This document shows, piece by piece, positions 45,767-50,705 of a stretch of 50,705 nt of DNA. The DNA comes from a virus. The stretch lies in IMG/VR virus record IMGVR_UViG_3300029876_000011; one strand, written 5' to 3'. Positions within the stretch are counted from its first letter, which is position 1. Every line of letters starts with the position of its first letter. Position numbers and translations under genes: made by a program. The notes below the pieces were generated by a model that saw only the letters and a program-made list of their open reading frames with translations, was not told the origin of the DNA and made no database searches.

Positions 45767-46015
45767 TTACCTCCAACATTCTCGTATAATCTGTTTTATA
45801 TTTTCATCAACATTTTCATAAATTCTTTCAAGTATATCCCTTTCTTGTGTATATATTTTTTTATTTTTAACATCATTTAAGGCTTCGATATAACCTTTTA
45901 AACGATAAATTTCATTATTCCTTTTAACATCGTTCATAGTAGTTATATAATTAAAATCATTAAGTTTTTTTAATCGCTCTTTTTTTCTATGTATAATAGT
46001 ATGTATATCTTCCAT
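45767..46015 (-). CDS. Hypothetical protein
   Basis: 82 aa. Confidence 0.4.
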   Translation of the reverse strand: MEDIHTIIHRKKERLKKLNDFNYITTMNDVKRNNEIYRLKGYIEALNDVKNKKIYTQERDILERIYENVDENIKQIIRECWR

Positions 46016-46033
46016 TATTTATCATCCTACTTT

Positions 46034-46237
46034 CTAATAAGGTCTTTTATAAGTGAACCGACCATAATAATTAGGAATATTGTTAATATTGTAATTAAAC
46101 TTAAAAAAAGTCCAGTCTATAAAACTCCAATCAATTTTATTTGTTTCCCCAGTGCATATATTTATATATTCATAACTTCCTATATTAGTTCGTTCTACTA
46201 AACAACCACTCAAATTTACATTTATCTCATTTTTCAT
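46034..46237 (-). CDS. Hypothetical protein
   Basis: 67 aa. Confidence 0.35.
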   Translation of the reverse strand: MKNEINVNLSGCLVERTNIGSYEYINICTGETNKIDWSFIDWTFFKFNYNINNIPNYYGRFTYKRPY

Positions 46238-46247
46238 TATTTACCTC

Positions 46248-46448
46248 CTAAATATGCAAAATACTATTAATAATATCTTTTAACCATTTATTTTCTTTTT
46301 CATATTTTCTTAATTCATTTTCTAAATTATTAATTCTATTTTCATAACATTTTCCTTGTTCTTCCAATTGCATATTTAAATATCTATTTTCAGCATCTTT
46401 TTGTTTATACATTTCTTCATAATTACAAGATACTTTATTTTCTTCCAT
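46248..46448 (-). CDS. Hypothetical coiled-coil protein
   Basis: 66 aa. Confidence 0.4.
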   Translation of the reverse strand: MEENKVSCNYEEMYKQKDAENRYLNMQLEEQGKCYENRINNLENELRKYEKENKWLKDIINSILHI

Positions 46449-46675
46449 TATTTATCATCTCCTATTATTTCTCTATATTTTTGTAAAATTTCTTTATATA
46501 CTTTCATCTCTTTGTTGGAATTGAACAGTAAATCAGAAACTGCTTCGCAACTATGTATTTCATCTTCTAAATAATTTATAAACTCCTTTTGTTGAGTTTT
46601 ATTTGTTTGAATTATAAGTGCATTAGATACAGCGACATTTTGCCAATAATGACTTTTTTCTCTATCTCTAGTCAT
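46448..46675 (-). CDS. Hypothetical protein
   Basis: 75 aa. Confidence 0.4.
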   Translation of the reverse strand: MTRDREKSHYWQNVAVSNALIIQTNKTQQKEFINYLEDEIHSCEAVSDLLFNSNKEMKVYKEILQKYREIIGDDK

Positions 46676-46829
46676 TTATTTCACTCTCTCTTTTTCTGTT
46701 TTTATATGTTCTATTGTCTTTGCACCATTTACAAGAACCATGATTGCGACAAGATTTATCTACTGCTTTTGCTTTTCTATATGGCTTTCTTTTTTCTTTG
46801 CCATATTTAATTGCTTTGTCTAAAGACAT
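46668..46829 (-). CDS. Small basic Cys-containing ORF (53 aa), not in the ORF track
   Basis: MSLDKAIKYGKEKRKPYRKAKAVDKSCRNHGSCKWCKDNRTYKNRKRESEIND, verified; start overlaps the upstream stop (TAATG), stop overlaps the next ATG (ATGACTAG). Confidence 0.3.
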   Translation of the reverse strand: MSLDKAIKYGKEKRKPYRKAKAVDKSCRNHGSCKWCKDNRTYKNRKRESEIND

Positions 46830-47215
46830 TATTCCTCCTTTACTATTTGAAGCACTTTATTTGTAATATCTAATATATTCTTTTGAATTGATGTTTTAAA
46901 TTCATAATCAATGCTGGATTGAACTTCTTTTTCTTCCCATTTTTTCATTAATGGAAATGAAAATTCTTTAAATACATCAAAATTATTTATATATCTTTTT
47001 ATTTCTTCTAATGCTTCTTCTAAATCATTTGATCTATGAAAAGCCTCATGTTCTCTTTTTAGTGCTGTTTTTCTTAGTTCTAGTTCTAATTCTAGTTTCT
47101 TATTTTTTTCTTTCAGATCATCAATATCACTCAATAAATCTTGAAGAATTTCAATAGGAATTAAGTAGTCTCCACCTTTTTGATAAAAACAATCAAAATC
47201 CTCTATTTGCATCAT
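46829..47215 (-). CDS. Hypothetical coiled-coil protein; its last 8 codons are the conserved 17-nt motif plus ribosome-binding site (..VLQIVKEE)
   Basis: 128 aa. Confidence 0.4.
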   Translation of the reverse strand: MMQIEDFDCFYQKGGDYLIPIEILQDLLSDIDDLKEKNKKLELELELRKTALKREHEAFHRSNDLEEALEEIKRYINNFDVFKEFSFPLMKKWEEKEVQSSIDYEFKTSIQKNILDITNKVLQIVKEE

Positions 47216-47445
47216 TTCACCTCTTTACTAAATAGTACTTTATCTAATAATTTTTCTTGTTTTCGATTTAAAGTAACACCTAATTTTAGACATTCTACTA
47301 ATATTTCTAGTTCTTTGTTTTCCCTTTTTAATTGCTTGCTTTCTTTTAACAAATCCTTAACAAATTCTTCTTCAAGTAAAGAACAAGACTTTATGTAACC
47401 ATATTTATATTTTCTCATTAGATCTTCTGCTATCATTAATTCCAC
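47212..47445 (-). CDS. Hypothetical protein
   Basis: 77 aa. Confidence 0.4.
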   Translation of the reverse strand: MELMIAEDLMRKYKYGYIKSCSLLEEEFVKDLLKESKQLKRENKELEILVECLKLGVTLNRKQEKLLDKVLFSKEVK

Positions 47446-47645
47446 CCCAATTCTTCTACTTGCTTATTTATTGCTTGTAATTCTTCAAGACCTATTGATT
47501 GAGTAATCAATATTTGTTTATCGTCAAAGAAAGCAATATGAGTAATTCTTCCTGTAGGATGAGGACCTTTATAAATGATTATTTTCTCATTTATAAGTTT
47601 ATATCCTAACTTTTCAAACATCTCTTTAGCAGTCATTATTATCAC
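47436..47645 (-). CDS. Hypothetical protein, paralog family 2
   Basis: See 38800..39105. Confidence 0.4.
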   Translation of the reverse strand: MIIMTAKEMFEKLGYKLINEKIIIYKGPHPTGRITHIAFFDDKQILITQSIGLEELQAINKQVEELGWN

Positions 47646-47910
47646 CTTTTTTTATATGCAAATTCCATTTAACTATTTCTTTTTCAAATTCATGAAATAT
47701 ATTTTTTAATCTCTCTTCCAATGTTTCGTTAATGGTATAAAACATATCACAGTGAAAACCTGTGCTAGTATCAATTCTAATTTTTAACAAATCATTAAAG
47801 AAAGAAAAACTTATAAAAGATTTATAATTCTCATAAAACTCTTTGCTCAAATAATTGAGGTATTGCATTACATAAATAAATTCTTTATTCATTACTATCA
47901 TTTCCTTCAA
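47626..47910 (-). CDS. Hypothetical protein
   Basis: 94 aa. Confidence 0.4.
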   Translation of the reverse strand: MKEMIVMNKEFIYVMQYLNYLSKEFYENYKSFISFSFFNDLLKIRIDTSTGFHCDMFYTINETLEERLKNIFHEFEKEIVKWNLHIKKGDNNDC

Positions 47911-48226
47911 AAGATTCTACTATTGATAAAAATGCTGCATAATTTTTCATTGTGGTATCTGCCATTAAATAATCTATATCAAATTCATTTGTACTATTTT
48001 CTTTGCAATAGTCATGGTGTCTCTTGATTACTACTTTAAGATTATGTTTTAGCATTTTCCAATTATCTTTTAATTCTTGATTTTCTTGTTGTAATTGTTT
48101 AATGTATTTATATAATATTTTTTGGTCTTTATATGTAAATTCACTTGTATAATCATCATGTGGTTCTAAACTAGTTGTTTCTAAATAGTCTAATATCATA
48201 TCTAAATCAGTAAGTTCTATATTCAT
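47885..48226 (-). CDS. Hypothetical protein
   Basis: 113 aa. Confidence 0.4.
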   Translation of the reverse strand: MNIELTDLDMILDYLETTSLEPHDDYTSEFTYKDQKILYKYIKQLQQENQELKDNWKMLKHNLKVVIKRHHDYCKENSTNEFDIDYLMADTTMKNYAAFLSIVESFEGNDSNE

Positions 48227-48484
48227 TCTCCAGCCTCCTTTAATTCCTCATCAATATCTAATACTTGCTTTTTAAAGTACTCTATATAAAATTTATCTCC
48301 AAATTGCTTTGCCAGTTTATATCTTTCTAGAAAAGATTTTCTGATCTTTATTAATGCTTTTTTTCTATGTAGTTCCATTATTTATTCATCTCCTTTATCA
48401 TTAAAATAATTCCTACTATCGCACCTATACCAATAACCCCCATTATAATTAATGGTATATATAATATAAACATCCCTGCCTCCT

Positions 48485-48700
48485 CTACATTTGATAAGTT
48501 AACATTAAATATAGTACATACAAACTTGCTATCAACATCACTAGGAAGAACATTGTTATTAAGAAATAGCCTATACTTTCTACTTTTGATTTTATTTTTA
48601 GTTGCTTCAACTTAATTTCTTCTTTAGTTAATTTTTTCTTCTTAGGAAATTGCATTCTCAATTCCTCCTTTTCTTCTTCTGTCAGTTCTCTCGGTTTCAT
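48485..48700 (-). CDS. Small protein with C-terminal transmembrane helix
   Basis: IGYFLITMFFLVMLIASLYVLYLMLTY. Confidence 0.4.
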   Translation of the reverse strand: MKPRELTEEEKEELRMQFPKKKKLTKEEIKLKQLKIKSKVESIGYFLITMFFLVMLIASLYVLYLMLTYQM

Positions 48701-48963
48701 AAACCTAACCTCCTTCTACGACTTTGTGATACTCTTCTTTTCTCCTTGTTGCATTCTTCTGTTGATTTGGCTTTTATGAATGTGTCATTTGGTAAAGTGC
48801 AGCCATACTTTTTAAATTGATAATCTTCTATTCTTAATATCAATTCTTCCAAATATTCAAAGTTACCATGTTCTTTTTTAAAGTTACATCTAAATGCATC
48901 TCTATTTGGTAATGCATGATTTTTATATTTATTAAAATAGAACTCCAATTTAAATTCATTCAT
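48697..48963 (-). CDS. Hypothetical basic protein
   Basis: 88 aa. Confidence 0.4.
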   Translation of the reverse strand: MNEFKLEFYFNKYKNHALPNRDAFRCNFKKEHGNFEYLEELILRIEDYQFKKYGCTLPNDTFIKAKSTEECNKEKRRVSQSRRRRLGL

Positions 48964-48964
48964 A

Positions 48965-49624
48965 TTATTTCCCTCCTAATTCTTTATATCTTCTAGATAC
49001 ACCAGGTATCCAATCACTATTTAAATTGTTAGGATCATTTTCTGCTCCTATTGGTGCATACTTAGGTTGAATGGTTTCTATTGTTGTACGACCCTCATCA
49101 TAATAATTTCTTTTTAAATTAGATATATAGGCTTCTATACCTGCATCTAAAGTTTCATAACTATAGAACTCCCCTTTCATACCATTCCACATACCACCAA
49201 CATTATTTTGATATTTAAATATATAAGAAGTGTAGTCCCAAGTTTCGTGTAAAGATATAGCAACTGCTAATCTCCAGTCAATGTCATAATCTTGTGCTAC
49301 CTTTTTAATTTTGCAAGATACCTCATCTAAAGTACACTCACTTGATAATTCTTCTATTTTTTCAACACTCTCTAATTCGACATTTTCTTGGCTTTCTAGC
49401 AACTTTTGTTCTTCTTGGTTTATTTTCATCTTAACTTTATTTTCGTTTGATTGGGCTTTTACTATTAAATCTGAATATATTAATTTATTTGAATATAAAA
49501 GTCCTAACATAAATCCTATAAATATTAATACTGCTGTTCTTTTTACCTCTTTTAACACTGTATCTACTCTTTTTTTATTTTTATAACCTTTTCTTGTCAT
49601 TACCCCTTTATTAATTTTTTTCAT
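48965..49624 (-). CDS. Membrane-anchored glucosaminidase-like (GH73-like) cell-wall hydrolase
   Basis: N-terminal transmembrane anchor AVLIFIGFMLGLLY; catalytic region DIDWRLAVAISLHETWDYTSY...GGMWNGMKGEFYSYETLDAGIEAY...IQPKYAP fits the glucosaminidase pattern. Confidence 0.55.
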   Translation of the reverse strand: MKKINKGVMTRKGYKNKKRVDTVLKEVKRTAVLIFIGFMLGLLYSNKLIYSDLIVKAQSNENKVKMKINQEEQKLLESQENVELESVEKIEELSSECTLDEVSCKIKKVAQDYDIDWRLAVAISLHETWDYTSYIFKYQNNVGGMWNGMKGEFYSYETLDAGIEAYISNLKRNYYDEGRTTIETIQPKYAPIGAENDPNNLNSDWIPGVSRRYKELGGK

Positions 49625-49952
49625 TTTCTATCCTTTCTATAACCAACCCCTTATGTAACCGCTTACATTTTTATGATAATATAAGTGATTAATGCTATTT
49701 CTAAATAAAATAGTATTACTCCTCTATTTTTATATATACTTTTAAATACTTTCATTATTCAGCACCTCCTATCATTAAATTATATTTAGGTGTATATTCT
49801 TTACCAGTTAATTTATTGATAACGAATATGATCTCATTACCACTCAATACTGGTATATAACCTTTATCATTAATTAATCTTTCAACTTTTTTTATTTCCC
49901 TTTTCATTCTAATCACCTTTTCTTTTTTATATCTTTAAACTGAGGAGAACTT

Positions 49953-50084
49953 TTAGTTCTCACTCAATTTTCTAATTATGTTGTCTGCCATTATGAACTC
50001 TTCATATTTGCCAGTTTCTTTTGTAAGAAATCTTGTTAATAATGTTATTATCAAATTAATTTCTTCTTTAGTTAATTTTTCCAT
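49953..50084 (-). CDS. Small ORF (43 aa), not in the ORF track, downstream of promoter P-II copy 2
   Basis: MEKLTKEEINLIITLLTRFLTKETGKYEEFIMADNIIRKLSEN; AAGGAAAGGAG site. Confidence 0.3.
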   Translation of the reverse strand: MEKLTKEEINLIITLLTRFLTKETGKYEEFIMADNIIRKLSEN

Positions 50085-50115
50085 TATTTATTCTCCTTTC
50101 CTTAACTACAATATA

Positions 50116-50144
50116 AGTATACCATATATTATAATATATGTCAA
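50116..50144 (-). promoter_or_regulatory. Promoter family P-II, copy 2 (TTGACA-N17-TATACT)
   Basis: Minus strand reads atgtaaattactaCTTGACAtatattataatatatggTATACTtat. Confidence 0.5.
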
Positions 50145-50185
50145 GTAGTAATTTACATTTTTTTGAATTTTTTTAAAATAATAAA

Positions 50186-50212
50186 AAAGACTAGTATTTA
50201 CTAGCCTTTATG
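50186..50212 (-). terminator. Hairpin (gactagta / tactagcc) followed by TTTTTTATTATTTT on the minus strand, after the BhlA/UviB-like gene
   Basis: 7 of 8 bp stem with a T-run. Confidence 0.45.
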
Positions 50213-50473
50213 ATGATGCTTGTTTATTTCTTCTTCTATGTGTTTGATCTCGTTTTCTACTACTGGCATTCTTTTAGCAAAGTTATTATGTTCTCTAACT
50301 TCTCTAGTTAATTCTTCTATCTTGGTATCAGTTATCGCTTGGTTTCTAGTTACTTCTAATTTAATGTCATTAACTATCTTTTTGTTACTGCTAAAATTAG
50401 TAACTAGTACACCTAAAAATGTAAGCCCTCCTGTTATTAATGCTACTGATATAGTATCACTCATTCTTAACAC
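50201..50473 (-). CDS. BhlA/UviB-like holin-like protein (N-terminal transmembrane helix plus charged coiled-coil)
   Basis: ISVALITGGLTFLGVLVTNF transmembrane segment followed by a K/E-rich helix ending HHHKG; the architecture matches BhlA/UviB small lysis proteins. Confidence 0.4.
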   Translation of the reverse strand: MLRMSDTISVALITGGLTFLGVLVTNFSSNKKIVNDIKLEVTRNQAITDTKIEELTREVREHNNFAKRMPVVENEIKHIEEEINKHHHKG

Positions 50474-50705
50474 CTATACCTTTGTTAAAAGCATTAACTG
50501 CACTTTCAATTAATATTTCTAATTCAGTTTCACTTATATTAATACCTTTTTCATTTAACCACTCAATTGATTTTTCTTTTGCTTGATTAAATTTTTCTTG
50601 GCTTGTTTTCTTTACTCCAGAAACAGAACAAATTTGTTCCACATATTCTACTGTTGCCTTTACTACTTCTTTTTTTGTTTTGTCATTTACATATTTATCA
50701 TATGT
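50457..50705 (-). CDS. Holin-like small membrane protein, C-terminal portion of the junction-spanning gene (see 1..198)
   Basis: The ORF-track entry 50457..50642 begins at an internal GTG; the reading frame is open upstream through 50705 and continues at 101-198. Confidence 0.45.
   Translation of the reverse strand, partial: TYDKYVNDKTKKEVVKATVEYVEQICSVSGVKKTSQEKFNQAKEKSIEWLNEKGINISETELEILIESAVNAFNKGIGVKNE
50607..50705. repeat. Terminal redundancy, second copy of 1-99
   Basis: Identical sequence. Confidence 0.9.

Noticed and set aside
1-50705. CRISPR arrays or other regular spaced repeats
   Set aside because: No repeat-spacer periodicity seen. The only tandem repeat is the 27-bp coding repeat at 17473-17580, and the dispersed repeats are promoter/leader elements.

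Overview
The window is a complete low-GC (Clostridium-like, by inference) temperate siphovirus genome. Bases 1-99 are identical to 50607-50705, so the unique length is about 50.6 kb and the sequence closes on itself; one gene spans the junction. Nearly every gene is on the minus strand; only the cI-like repressor and a large serine integrase are on the plus strand. Reading along the minus strand: (1) a lysogeny switch and an accessory region of many small ORFs (48.9-39.5 kb, continuing at 35.7-31.2 kb) that is full of repeated promoter, leader and operator-like cassettes and at least four families of paralogous small genes; (2) an SSB-like gene, a tyrosine recombinase, hsdM and a half-size hsdS in one operon (38.7-35.7 kb); (3) a ParB-domain DNA methyltransferase, a DnaD-like replisome organiser and a DnaC-like loader (31.2-28.1 kb); (4) small membrane proteins, a sigma-70-family sigma factor and an amidase endolysin (26.9-24.5 kb); (5) a tail-fibre block with a collagen-like fibre and an inserted HNH/P-loop island (24.5-16.5 kb); (6) a 500-bp non-coding region with inverted repeats (candidate cos/pac), then TerS?-TerL-portal-protease-capsid, a GT4 glycosyltransferase, connector proteins, major tail protein, chaperones with a -1 frameshift site, TMP, Dit, Tal and a receptor-binding protein (16.0-0.2 kb); (7) holin-like genes and a membrane-anchored glucosaminidase (wrapping to 50.7-49.0 kb). 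Most notable: a 17-nt strand-specific motif (ATGCTTCAAATAGTAAA and variants) in about 20 copies just upstream of ribosome-binding sites across early and late regions; several families of near-identical promoter/leader cassettes; the recombinase-hsdMS operon with no hsdR; an HNH/P-loop-kinase fusion and a glycosyltransferase inside the structural modules; and two frameshifted paralogs. No rRNA, tRNA or CRISPR could be supported. All calls rest on reading ORF translations and sequence patterns by eye; no database search was run.
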